From Gammaproteobacteria bacterium (GTDB lineage Bacteria > Pseudomonadota > Gammaproteobacteria > Steroidobacterales > Rariloculaceae), in the NCBI GenBank assembly GCA_035644475.1, contig DASQOL010000146.1, positions 10,957-74,956 on the forward strand: a stretch of 64,000 nucleotides of DNA. Reading direction: 5' to 3'. Below are positions 1 through 8,683 of this stretch, one piece after another. The position numbers and the translations under genes are program-made. Numbering within the stretch: the stretch's first letter is position 1; each line of letters begins with the position of its first letter. Under the pieces are notes generated by a model. It had not been told where the DNA came from, did no database searches, and worked only from the letters and a program-made list of their open reading frames with translations.

Positions 1-391
1 GTTGGCCGAGGCTCACGAGGGCCGGATCCGCGCCCTTCGGCGTGGGCTTTTGCGTCGAGAAATAGGCGGCGACGTCGAGCATGTCCTGGTCGCTGAGCAG
101 CATGGCAAAGGGCTGCATGGTGACGTCAGTGCGCTCGCCGTTCTTGAATGCCTTCAGTTGGCGCACGATGTACGCAGGGTGCTGACCCGCGAGGCTTGGC
201 CACATGGGGCTAACGCTGTTGCCGTCGGCGCCGTGGCAGGCGGCACAGGTCATCGACTTGGTTCTACCCGCATCGACGTCGACCGTCTGCGCGAGCAGGG
301 GCTGCGCGAGCAACGAGCCGAAAACGATCACGGCGAGCACCAAGGCGGGGTGACGAAGGATTCTGCTCGGGCGGGGGGCTAGCTCGTCCAC
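1..391 (-). CDS. cytochrome c4-type cytochrome, N-terminal part (gene runs off left edge)
   Basis: Hand translation of the minus strand from GTG at 391 gives a signal-like ILRHPALVLAVIVFGSLLAQPLLAQ. This is followed by the haem motif CAACHGADGNSVSPMWPSLAGQHPAYIVRQLKAFKNGER. It is absent from the ORF track because it is truncated. Divergent from engB. Confidence 0.75.
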   Translation of the reverse strand, partial: MDELAPRPSRILRHPALVLAVIVFGSLLAQPLLAQTVDVDAGRTKSMTCAACHGADGNSVSPMWPSLAGQHPAYIVRQLKAFKNGERTDVTMQPFAMLLSDQDMLDVAAYFSTQKPTPKGADPALVSLGQ

Positions 392-481
392 GGTCGACCG
401 ATCCTGCTGTTTTTCCTCGAAAACGGCGCTGATTGTACACTAACGACCCGCCCCGCAAGTCTGGCCATCACGTCGACGTCC

Positions 482-1075
482 GTGCCGAATCCGACCTTTA
501 TCAAGAGCGCAGCGAGCCCCACGGACTTTCCGGCGGACGTCGGTCGCGAGGTCGCGTTCGTCGGCCGTTCGAATTCCGGCAAGTCGACCGCGCTCAACCT
601 CGTCGTTGGCGCGCGCAACCTCGCGCGCGTCAGCAAGACCCCCGGCCGCACCCAGCTCGCGAATTTTTTCGAGCTCGCGCCCGAGCGGCGGCTCGTCGAC
701 TTGCCGGGATACGGCTTCGCGCACGTGACGCGGGCAACGAAGGAACGCTGGCGCCGCATGATCGATGCGTACCTCACGCGCCGAGAGTCGCTCGTGGGCC
801 TGATCGTGACGATCGACATCCGGCGCGGCATCACCGACCTCGACGACCAGTTGCTCGGCTGGCTCGCGCCGCTCGACCTCGCGGTTGGAGTGCTGCTCAC
901 GAAGGCGGACAAGCTGAGCCGGGGCGCCGCGCGCGCACGCGAGCACGAGGTCGCGGCCAGGCTCGGCGGCGAGCGCGTCACGCGCTTCTCGTCGCTCAGC
1001 CGCGAAGGCGTCGACTCGGCGCGCGCGTGGCTCGACGCGTGGTTGCTCGTTACAGCTCTGAAGGGTGGAGATTAA
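482..1075 (+). CDS. engB: ribosome biogenesis GTP-binding protein YihA/EngB
   Basis: 197-aa ORF with Walker A GRSNSGKST and a G-domain layout typical of EngB. Convergent with polA, as in E. coli. Confidence 0.95.
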   Translation: MPNPTFIKSAASPTDFPADVGREVAFVGRSNSGKSTALNLVVGARNLARVSKTPGRTQLANFFELAPERRLVDLPGYGFAHVTRATKERWRRMIDAYLTRRESLVGLIVTIDIRRGITDLDDQLLGWLAPLDLAVGVLLTKADKLSRGAARAREHEVAARLGGERVTRFSSLSREGVDSARAWLDAWLLVTALKGGD

Positions 1076-1079
1076 AGAG

Positions 1080-1115
1080 GCCCCGGGCGCGGGATTCAGG
1101 GGACACGCCCGGGGC
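1080..1115. terminator. GC-rich hairpin between convergent engB and polA
   Basis: Perfect 10-bp stem GCCCCGGGCG/CGCCCGGGGC with a 16-nt loop. On the minus strand it is followed by CTCTTTAAT. It starts 5 nt after the engB stop. Confidence 0.5.
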
Positions 1116-1267
1116 GCCAAATCCCGGCGGGGTGAGCCGGGATTTAAGGACCCCGCTTAGGGAGGATAGCGGGAGCACTCTTCCTGAGTGCCGTAAGTTT
1201 AGTCAGCCGTGAGCCGCGGAAAGTTCCGAGCGGCTCGCCGTCCGCGAAGCTCAAGATTTCGTTGGCG

Positions 1268-4048
1268 TCAGTGTGCCTGATCCCAGTTGTCGCCGACGCC
1301 GACGTCGGCGCGCAGCGGCACCGATAGCGAAGCCGCGGACTCCATGAGCCGCTTGACGGCCGCTCCGACCGGCTCGACGTGTTGCGCGGGCACCTCCACG
1401 ACGAGCTCGTCGTGGACCTGCATGATCAAACGCGCCTCGGGACGGTGGCGTCGCAGCCACGCGTCCACTTCGATCATCGCGCGCTTGACGATGTCCGCCG
1501 CGGTGCCTTGCATCGGCGCATTGATCGCACTGCGCTCGGCGTACTGACGCTGCTGCGCGTTGCGCGCGTTGATGTCGGGCAGGTAGAGCCTGCGGCCGAA
1601 CACGGTGCTCACGTAGCCCCGCTCGCGGGCCCCGCGTCTCGTCTCGTCCATGTAGCGCTTCACGCCCGGATAGCGCTCGAAATAAAGTTCGACGTAGGCC
1701 TGGGCTTGACCGCGCTCGATCCCGAGCTGCTTCGCGAGGCCGAACGCCGACATGCCGTAGATGAGGCCGAAGTTGATGGCTTTCGCGGATCGGCGCTGGT
1801 CAGCGGTCACGGCCTCGAGCGGCGTGCCGAAGACTTCGGCCGCCGTCGCGCGGTGGATGTCCGTGTCGGCCGCGAAAGCAACGAGCAGTCCTTCGTCGCC
1901 GGACAGGTGCGCCATGATCCTGAGCTCGATCTGCGAGTAGTCGGCGGCGAGGAGCTTGAAGCCTGGCGCCGCCACGAATGCCTGACGGATCCGCCGGCCT
2001 TCGGGAGTGCGCACGGGGATGTTCTGCAGATTGGGGTCGGTCGACGACAGCCGGCCCGTTGCCGCCACCGTCTGCTCGTACGACGTATGGATGCGCGCGG
2101 TCCGCGGGTGGATCTCGGACGGCAGCTTGTCGGTGTACGTCGACTTGAGCTTGGAGAGCGCGCGGTGTTCGAGCACGAGCCGCGGCAGCGCGTGTTGCTC
2201 GGCGAGCTGCTCAAGCACGTCCTCGGCCGTCGACGGCTGGCCCTTCGGCGTCTTGCCGAGCACCGGCAGCCCGAGCCGCTGGTACAGCACGTCTTGCAGC
2301 TGTTTCGGCGAGCCGAGATTGAAGGGGCCCCCGGCAGCCTCGTACGCGGCACGCTCAGCCGCGGCCATGGCGGTGGCGAGCTCCTGGCTCTGGCGGCGCA
2401 GCATTGCGGCGTCGACCATCACGCCCGTGTGCTCCATGTGCTCGAGCACGCCGATCAACGGCAGCTCGATCTCGCGATACACGCCCTCGAGATCGGGCAC
2501 TGCGGCGAGCCGCGCGCGGAGCGCCTGATGGAGCCGCAGCGCGACGTCCGCGCGCTCGCCCGCGTACTGCGTCGCGCTCGCGACGTCGACTTGATCGAAT
2601 GGGAGCTGCTTCGCGCCCTTGCCGGCGATGCTCTCGTACTTCAACGTTTCGAGCCCGAGATACGCGGCCGCGACCGAGCCCATGTCGTGGCGCGCGGCAG
2701 TGGAGTTCAAGACGTACGACTCGAGCATCGTGTCGTTGGCCGGGCCGCCGAGCCGAAGCCCAAGGTTCTCGAGCGCGTGCGCATCGCGCTTGACCTGGTG
2801 CCCTACCTTCGGCGCGCCGCTTTCGAGCCAGCCGCGTAAACGTTCGACGACCGCCGCGCGCTCGAGCTGCTGCGGCGCGCCTGGATAGCCGTGCGCGACC
2901 GGCACGTAGGCGGCCTCCCCCGGCTCGACGGCGAGCGCGACCCCGACGAGCTCGGCGAGCATGTAGCCGCCGCCCGTAGTTTCGATTTCGAGCGCGGCGA
3001 TCTCGGCGGACTCGAGGCGCGCGATCCAGCGGTCGAGCTGCTCGAGCGTAGCGATCGTCTCGTAGCGGCCTTCGGTTTTCGCCGTCGCAAGCGCCCCGGA
3101 GCCTTCGGACGAGCCGGCGGAGCCTTCGGACGAGCCGGCGGCGCCTTGGGACGGGCCTGCGGCCGCTTGGGACGAGCCTGCGACGGCTTGCGCCTCGGCA
3201 TCGCGCACACGGCGCAGATGGCGGCTGAACTCGAGTCGCTCGAACAACGCGACGAGCCGCGCTTTGTCGGGCGCGCGCAGCGCGAGGTCGCGCGCGGCTA
3301 CGGCCAACTCGAGGTTGCAGCGAATCGTGGCGAGCCGCTTCGACAGGTCGAGATCGGGCAACGCCTCGCGCAGCCGTTCGCCGACCTTGCCGGCGACGTC
3401 GGCGGCGTGCAGCTTGAGCGTGTCGAGGTCGCGGTATTGCTGGAGCCACTTCGCCGCCGTCTTCGGACCGACGCCCGGCACACCCGGAATGTTGTCCGAC
3501 GTGTCGCCGACGAGCGCGAGGTAGTCGATGATCTGCTCGGGCGCCACGCCAAACTTCGCGATGACGCCCTCGCGATCGAGCGCGCTGCCGTCCATCGTGT
3601 TGACGAGCCCGACGTGCTCGTCGACCAGCTGCGCGAGATCTTTGTCTCCCGTCGAGATCACGGTCGCCTGGCCGGCCGCCGACGCTTGGCGCGCGAGCGT
3701 GCCGATCACGTCGTCGGCCTCCACTCCTTCGACGCGCAGCAGCGGAATGCCCATCGCCTCGATCGTCTCGAGCAACGGCTCGATCTGCGCGCGCAGCTCG
3801 TCCGGCATCGGCGCGCGGTTCGCCTTGTACTCGGCGAACATGTCGTCGCGGAACGTGCGGCCCGGCGCGTCGAACACCACGGCCATGCTGTCCGGCGCGT
3901 AGTCGTCGAGGAGCTTGTAGAGCATGTTGACGACGCCGAGCACGGCGCCGGTGGGCTCGCCGCGCGCCGTCGTCAACGCCGGCAGCGCGTGGAACGCGCG
4001 GTAGAGGTACGAGGAGCCGTCGACGAGAACGAGCGGTCTAGCGCCCAT
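1268..4048 (-). CDS. polA: DNA polymerase I
   Basis: 932-aa ORF with 5'-nuclease N-terminus PLVLVDGSSYLYRAFHAL, a 3'-5' exo domain, and polymerase motifs DYSQIELRI and QVHDELV. ATG at 4048 has an AGGAGA Shine-Dalgarno upstream. Alternative ATG at 4066. Confidence 0.97.
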   Translation of the reverse strand: MGARPLVLVDGSSYLYRAFHALPALTTARGEPTGAVLGVVNMLYKLLDDYAPDSMAVVFDAPGRTFRDDMFAEYKANRAPMPDELRAQIEPLLETIEAMGIPLLRVEGVEADDVIGTLARQASAAGQATVISTGDKDLAQLVDEHVGLVNTMDGSALDREGVIAKFGVAPEQIIDYLALVGDTSDNIPGVPGVGPKTAAKWLQQYRDLDTLKLHAADVAGKVGERLREALPDLDLSKRLATIRCNLELAVAARDLALRAPDKARLVALFERLEFSRHLRRVRDAEAQAVAGSSQAAAGPSQGAAGSSEGSAGSSEGSGALATAKTEGRYETIATLEQLDRWIARLESAEIAALEIETTGGGYMLAELVGVALAVEPGEAAYVPVAHGYPGAPQQLERAAVVERLRGWLESGAPKVGHQVKRDAHALENLGLRLGGPANDTMLESYVLNSTAARHDMGSVAAAYLGLETLKYESIAGKGAKQLPFDQVDVASATQYAGERADVALRLHQALRARLAAVPDLEGVYREIELPLIGVLEHMEHTGVMVDAAMLRRQSQELATAMAAAERAAYEAAGGPFNLGSPKQLQDVLYQRLGLPVLGKTPKGQPSTAEDVLEQLAEQHALPRLVLEHRALSKLKSTYTDKLPSEIHPRTARIHTSYEQTVAATGRLSSTDPNLQNIPVRTPEGRRIRQAFVAAPGFKLLAADYSQIELRIMAHLSGDEGLLVAFAADTDIHRATAAEVFGTPLEAVTADQRRSAKAINFGLIYGMSAFGLAKQLGIERGQAQAYVELYFERYPGVKRYMDETRRGARERGYVSTVFGRRLYLPDINARNAQQRQYAERSAINAPMQGTAADIVKRAMIEVDAWLRRHRPEARLIMQVHDELVVEVPAQHVEPVGAAVKRLMESAASLSVPLRADVGVGDNWDQAH
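3098..3181 (-). repeat. 4 x 21-bp in-frame tandem repeat inside polA linker
   Basis: Units at 3098-3118, 3119-3139, 3140-3160 and 3161-3181. The first two are identical. They encode AGSSQAA/AGPSQGA/AGSSEGS/AGSSEGS between the 5'-nuclease and 3'-5' exonuclease domains. Confidence 0.9.
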
Positions 4049-4259
4049 TCTCGCGCTTCTCCTCATCGGTTGGCTCGGCCGGGGCGCCGTTCGCCGGCTC
4101 GGCGCTCGGCGCGTTGGGGTCGATGCGTTGGATCGGTCGCGCGGAGTCGGGGAGGCTCAACGGGCCGCGTTGGCCGCAGCCGCCGGTCACGGCCGCCGCC
4201 GCGAGCAGGGAGGCACAGAGGGCGCGCTGCCAGCGCCGTTCCGTCACCCCTTTCGTCAC
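4038..4259 (-). CDS. small lipoprotein, LptM/YifL-like
   Basis: 73-aa ORF with a signal peptide and lipobox LLAAAAVTGGC. It is followed by GQRGPLSLP, which resembles the CG-x-KGPLYLP signature of YifL/LptM. The GTG start overlaps the argH stop (GTGA). Confidence 0.6.
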   Translation of the reverse strand: MTKGVTERRWQRALCASLLAAAAVTGGCGQRGPLSLPDSARPIQRIDPNAPSAEPANGAPAEPTDEEKRENGR

Positions 4260-5449
4260 GATTCCTCACCGCGCAAGCGTGCCGCGACGCGCCGGTAGGC
4301 CTCCCGGAACGGCAGGCCTTCCTTGACGACGAGCTCGTTCGCTTGCTCGGCCGCATGGAGCTCCGGGCCGAGCTCGATCTTGTCGGGCTGGAAGCGCACG
4401 CCGGGCAGCGCATGCGCCATGATCGCGAGCACGTCCTCCGCGAGGTCGATGCTGCGGAATAGCGGCGCTTTGAGCCGCTGCAAGTCGCGGTGATAGCCGG
4501 AGGTGAGCTTGGCCGTGATCGACAGCGCCTCTTGAAGCGCGCCCGTGATCGTCGCGGGCGCGGCGCGCACGAGCTCGAACACGTCGGGATTGCGCTTCTG
4601 CGGCATGATCGACGAGCCCGTCGTCATCTCCGCGGGCAACGCCACGTACGCGAACTCGCTGGTATAGAAGAGCAGCAGGTCGGCCGCGAGCCGGCTCAGG
4701 TCGCCGAGCAGCACCGCGAGCTCGAAGATCAGGGACGCTTCCGCCTTGCCGCGGGAGAGCTGCACTGCGGTGACCGGCTCCTGCGTGCGCTCGAAGCCCA
4801 ACGCGGCGCGGGTCGCCTCCCGGTCTAGCCCAAGGCCCGGAACGCCGTAACCCGCGGCGGAGCCGAGCGGGTTGAGCTCGGTGCGCGCGTGCACGCGCAG
4901 GAGCGCGGCGCGGTCGTCCTCGATCTCGGTGGCGAAGCCGCGGGCCCACAGCGCGACCGAGCTCGGCATCGCGGGTTGCATGTGCGTGTAGCCCGGCAGC
5001 GCGATCGCGCCCTGCTCGGTGGCGACGTGCTCGAGCGCGTCTTTGACGCGGGTGGTCGCCGTCGCGAGCTCGGTGATCGCATCGCGCAGGTACAGCCGCA
5101 GCGCGGCGAGCACCTGGTCGTTGCGCGAGCGGCCGAGATGCACGCGGCCGCCGGTGGCGCCGATCCGCTCGATCAAGCGCCGCTCGAGCGCGCTATGCAC
5201 GTCCTCGTCGGCGAGCTCGATACGCCACTCCCCTGCGGCGTGCGCGTCGGCGAGCGCCTGCAGGCCGCCGCAGATCGCGGCCGTGTCGGCCGACGTGAGG
5301 AGACCCTGCTTCTGCAGCATCCGCGCGTGCGCGATTGACGCGCGCACGTCGTAGCCGACGAGCCGCCCGTCGAGCTTGTGATCTTCGCCGGCCGTGAAAC
5401 GCAGAATGCGCTCATCGAGCGGCACGCCTTTGTCCCAGAGCCGCGGCAT
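4256..5449 (-). CDS. argH: argininosuccinate lyase (short C-terminus)
   Basis: This is the internal ATG of the 614-aa track ORF, starting MPRLWDKG. It has the fumarate-lyase signature GSSIMPQKRNPD and HLGRSRNDQV. Length is 397 aa. Start is 5 nt downstream of the argB stop. Confidence 0.93.
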   Translation of the reverse strand: MPRLWDKGVPLDERILRFTAGEDHKLDGRLVGYDVRASIAHARMLQKQGLLTSADTAAICGGLQALADAHAAGEWRIELADEDVHSALERRLIERIGATGGRVHLGRSRNDQVLAALRLYLRDAITELATATTRVKDALEHVATEQGAIALPGYTHMQPAMPSSVALWARGFATEIEDDRAALLRVHARTELNPLGSAAGYGVPGLGLDREATRAALGFERTQEPVTAVQLSRGKAEASLIFELAVLLGDLSRLAADLLLFYTSEFAYVALPAEMTTGSSIMPQKRNPDVFELVRAAPATITGALQEALSITAKLTSGYHRDLQRLKAPLFRSIDLAEDVLAIMAHALPGVRFQPDKIELGPELHAAEQANELVVKEGLPFREAYRRVAARLRGEES

Positions 5450-5454
5450 CGCGT

Positions 5455-6456
5455 TCAGCTCGTCTGCCGCCCGGACGGCGGCGAAGCCTTCGACGACTTG
5501 CCGGGGGACGACTCGCCGGGGGACGACTGCTCCTCGGGGCTCAGGTGCTCGACGTCGTTGACCACCAGCGTGCCCGTGCCCTCGTTGGTGAACACCTCGA
5601 GCAGCAGGCTGTCGGGCTGCGAATACGAGATCACGTGCACGCGCGGTACGCCGCCCGAAAGCGCGCGCTCGATCGCGGCGATCTTCGGCAGCATGCCGCC
5701 CGAGATCTTGCCTTCCTCGCGGAGCTTGCGCAGGCCCGCGCGATCGACGTACGAGACCAGCGAGCGCGGATCGTCGAGCGACTCGAGAATCCCCGGCACG
5801 CCGGTAGCGAGCACGAACTTCTCGGCTTTCAGCTCGCAAGCGATCGCGGCGGCGACGGTGTCGGCGTTGATGTTGAGCAGCGTGCCTTGGTCGTCGGACG
5901 AGAGCGGGCTCACGATCGGCACGAGGTCGTTGTCGAGCTGCTTCACGAGGATGCTCGCGTCGATCCCGTGGATGTCGCCGACGAAGCCGTAGTCCACGGT
6001 CTCGCCGTTGTCGCGCTGCACCGGCGGACGCCGCTGCGCCTTGATGAGGCCGCCGTCCACGCCGCTGATGCCGATCGCCGGGATCCCGAGCGCGCGGCAC
6101 ATCGCCACGATCCGGGTGTTGATCTCGCCGTTCAGCACCATCGTCGATACCTCGAGCGTCGCGGCGTCGGTGACGCGGCGGCCCTCGACCATCGTGGTGG
6201 CGAGGCCCAGCCGCTTCGACAGCTGCGTCGACTGCGGCCCGCCGCCGTGCACGACGACCACGCGGATACCGACCTGGTGGAGGATGCCGATCTGCTCGAG
6301 CAGCGCGCGCGTGTTCTCCGGCGAGATGAACGCGTCGCCGCCGGCCTTGAGCACGAAGGTCTTGCGCTTGTACACGCGCAGATACGGCACCGCGTGCCGC
6401 AACGCGGTGACCACGATCGCACGCTCGTTGCTGGTGAGTCGAGTCATGACGGTCAT
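5455..6456 (-). CDS. argB: acetylglutamate kinase
   Basis: 333-aa ORF with the amino-acid kinase fold motifs FVLKAGGDAF, VVVHGGGPQ and LNINADT. It carries a Ser/Pro-rich C-terminal tail. Confidence 0.92.
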   Translation of the reverse strand: MTVMTRLTSNERAIVVTALRHAVPYLRVYKRKTFVLKAGGDAFISPENTRALLEQIGILHQVGIRVVVVHGGGPQSTQLSKRLGLATTMVEGRRVTDAATLEVSTMVLNGEINTRIVAMCRALGIPAIGISGVDGGLIKAQRRPPVQRDNGETVDYGFVGDIHGIDASILVKQLDNDLVPIVSPLSSDDQGTLLNINADTVAAAIACELKAEKFVLATGVPGILESLDDPRSLVSYVDRAGLRKLREEGKISGGMLPKIAAIERALSGGVPRVHVISYSQPDSLLLEVFTNEGTGTLVVNDVEHLSPEEQSSPGESSPGKSSKASPPSGRQTS

Positions 6457-6492
6457 CCTTTCAGCATTCCTTTTTTCATCGTTCCCCCTTCA

Positions 6493-7500
6493 TCATTCCC
6501 CCTTCATCATTCGATACACGACGGCCATCTGCACCACCATGCGGTTGCGCGCCTCCGGGATCACAATGCTGCGCGGGCCGTCCAAGATGCGGTCCGCGAC
6601 CACGACGCCGCGGCGCACCGGCAGGCAGTGCATGAACTTACAATCCGCTCGTGCGTTGGAGAACCACGGCTCGTCGACGCACCAGGTGCCGACGAGCTCC
6701 TCGCGCAGCGCCTGATCGCCGAGCTTGTCGCCGTAGTGGCGCGTGGACGAATACGACTTCGCGTAGATCACGTGCGCCCCTTCCATCGCTTCGCGCCGGT
6801 CGGTCGTCTCGCGCACGCTGCCCCCGGACTCCGCCGCGGCCTTGCGCGCTCGCTCCATGATCGCGGGCGGCAGCTCGAAGCCGGGCGGCCGGAGATGCAC
6901 CACGTCCATGCCACGCTTCGCGGCCATGTGGATCGTCGCCGCCGGCACCGCGAGCGGCAAGGCTTTCGGATGATACGCCCACGACAGCACGAACTTGCCC
7001 TTGTTGGCGGGGATTGCCATGTCGTCGAGCGTTTTCCAGTCGGCGAGGCTCTGGCACGGATGGTCGATCGCCGACTCCATGTTGATCCACGGTTTGTCGA
7101 TCAGCGAGGTCAGTGCCTGGAAGTCCTTGTCGGCCAAGTCGTGCGCGAGGTCGCGGCGCTCGGCGAACGCGCGCACGCCCATCGCGTCGCCGTACGACGC
7201 GATCACCGGGATCGCCTCGCGCACGTGCTCGGCGGCCATGCCGTCCATCACGATGCCGTAGCGCGACTCGAGGCCGTGGATCGACATCTCCGGCGAGATC
7301 ACGAACGCGCCGCCGCCGAGCCGGATCATTGCCGCCTGGAACGACGACAGCGTGCGCAGCGACGGGCTCAGGAACAGCAACGACAGCACCTTGCCCTCGA
7401 GCGCGCGCGGCTCGGGATGTTTGTCGAGCCTCGCGGCGAGCGCGATGAGGTTGTGAATCTCCTCGCGCGAGAAGTCGGCGAGATCGTTAAAGTGGCGCAT
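6493..7500 (-). CDS. argF': N-acyl-L-ornithine carbamoyltransferase (AOTC/SOTC type, not canonical OTC)
   Basis: 335 aa. It has SPSLRT in place of STRTR, plus HPCQSLAD, SWAYHPKALP and HCLPVRR. It has no DxxxSMG ornithine loop. By hand it aligns along its whole length with my recollection of the Xanthomonas AOTC. Confidence 0.85.
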   Translation of the reverse strand: MRHFNDLADFSREEIHNLIALAARLDKHPEPRALEGKVLSLLFLSPSLRTLSSFQAAMIRLGGGAFVISPEMSIHGLESRYGIVMDGMAAEHVREAIPVIASYGDAMGVRAFAERRDLAHDLADKDFQALTSLIDKPWINMESAIDHPCQSLADWKTLDDMAIPANKGKFVLSWAYHPKALPLAVPAATIHMAAKRGMDVVHLRPPGFELPPAIMERARKAAAESGGSVRETTDRREAMEGAHVIYAKSYSSTRHYGDKLGDQALREELVGTWCVDEPWFSNARADCKFMHCLPVRRGVVVADRILDGPRSIVIPEARNRMVVQMAVVYRMMKGE

Positions 7501-8683
7501 CGGTCAAGTCCTCCAGGGCGGCGGCCAGTGTCTGCACGTGCTCGGTTGTAAGGATCAACGGCGGCAGCAACCGCAGCACGTGCGGGTCGGCGCTGGTGCC
7601 GGTCAAGATGTCGCGGTCGAGCAGCGCGTCGCGAACCGCCGCGGCCTTGGGCCTAGTGCGGAGCCCGACGAGGAAGCCCTTGCCCTGCACGCCCACGACC
7701 GGACCGACGACGCACTTCGCGCGGATCGCGGCATGCGTCTCGCGGACGTTCGCGAGCAGGTTCTCGCTGCGGATCGCCTCGATGACGGTCTTGATCGCCG
7801 CGCAAGCCACCGGTCCGCCGCCGAACGTCGTGCCGAGCGCGCCGGCCTTGAGCGACTTCGCGATCTCGTGCGGCAGCAGCACCGCACCGCATGGAAAGCC
7901 GCCGCCGAGCCCCTTTGCGACCGTGAGCAGGTCGGGGCGCACCTTGTAGAGCTGCGCGCCGAAGGGCTCGCCGAGCCTGCCCATCCCGGTCTGCACCTCG
8001 TCCAGGATCAGGAGCGCGCCCGCGCGGTCGCAGGCCGCGCGGGCCGCGTGCAGGAACTCCGGCGCGAAATCGAACGCGCCGGCGAGGCCTTGCACCGGCT
8101 CGACGATGACGCCGGCGGTGCTCGAGTCGACGGCTGCATTGAGCGCGGCGATGTCGTTGCGCGGCACGAACTGCACATCGAACGGCGTGCGCGGGAAGCC
8201 GTACCACGACTCCTTCGCGCCCCAGGTAACCGCCGACGCGGCCGCGGTGCGGCCGTGGAAGCTCTGCTCCATCGCGACGATCTTCGCGCGGCCCGTGAGC
8301 TTGAGCGCGAGCCTTAGCGCGTTCTCGTTGGCCTCGGCGCCGCTGTTGATGAAGAACACCTTGTCGAGCCCCGGCGGGCCGAAGGCGGCCAAAGCTTCGG
8401 CGGCTTCGTCGCGCACGCGAAGCGGCAGCGCGTTCGTCTGGAACACGAGCTCGCGGCTCGCGCGCGCCAGCGTCTCCGACAACTTTGGATGGCCGTAGCC
8501 GAGCGCAGCGACCGCGTGTCCGCCGTAGAAGTCGAGCACCCTGCGACCCGCCGCGTCCTCGAGATAGACGCCCTGCCCGCGGACGGGCGTGAACGGCAAC
8601 AGCGAGTAGACCTCGTTCAAGTGTGCCGCGGAGTCCGACCCCTGGGGGTCTGCCCCTATTTTCATGACCTTCATCAGAGCCAT
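7487..8683 (-). CDS. argD: acetyl/succinyl-ornithine aminotransferase
   Basis: Class III PLP aminotransferase with FINSGAEANE, LILDEVQTGMGRLG and TVAKGLGGG. The start is ambiguous: ATG at 8683, 8674 or 8665. The 3' end overlaps the argF' start by 14 nt. Confidence 0.9.
   Translation of the reverse strand: MALMKVMKIGADPQGSDSAAHLNEVYSLLPFTPVRGQGVYLEDAAGRRVLDFYGGHAVAALGYGHPKLSETLARASRELVFQTNALPLRVRDEAAEALAAFGPPGLDKVFFINSGAEANENALRLALKLTGRAKIVAMEQSFHGRTAAASAVTWGAKESWYGFPRTPFDVQFVPRNDIAALNAAVDSSTAGVIVEPVQGLAGAFDFAPEFLHAARAACDRAGALLILDEVQTGMGRLGEPFGAQLYKVRPDLLTVAKGLGGGFPCGAVLLPHEIAKSLKAGALGTTFGGGPVACAAIKTVIEAIRSENLLANVRETHAAIRAKCVVGPVVGVQGKGFLVGLRTRPKAAAVRDALLDRDILTGTSADPHVLRLLPPLILTTEHVQTLAAALEDLTDAPL

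Noticed and set aside
5545-7551. Very long ORFs antisense to or out of frame with recognised genes. Examples: 5545-7551 (+), 8710-10422 (+), 22720-24255 (+), 47262-48782 (-), 53207-54871 (-), 32473-33810 (-), 42472-44019 (+).
   Set aside because: These are typical shadow ORFs of a high-GC genome. Their translations are Arg/Ala/Gly/Pro/His-rich with no motifs. The opposite strand or another frame encodes full-length, recognisable enzymes with strong G/C third-position bias.
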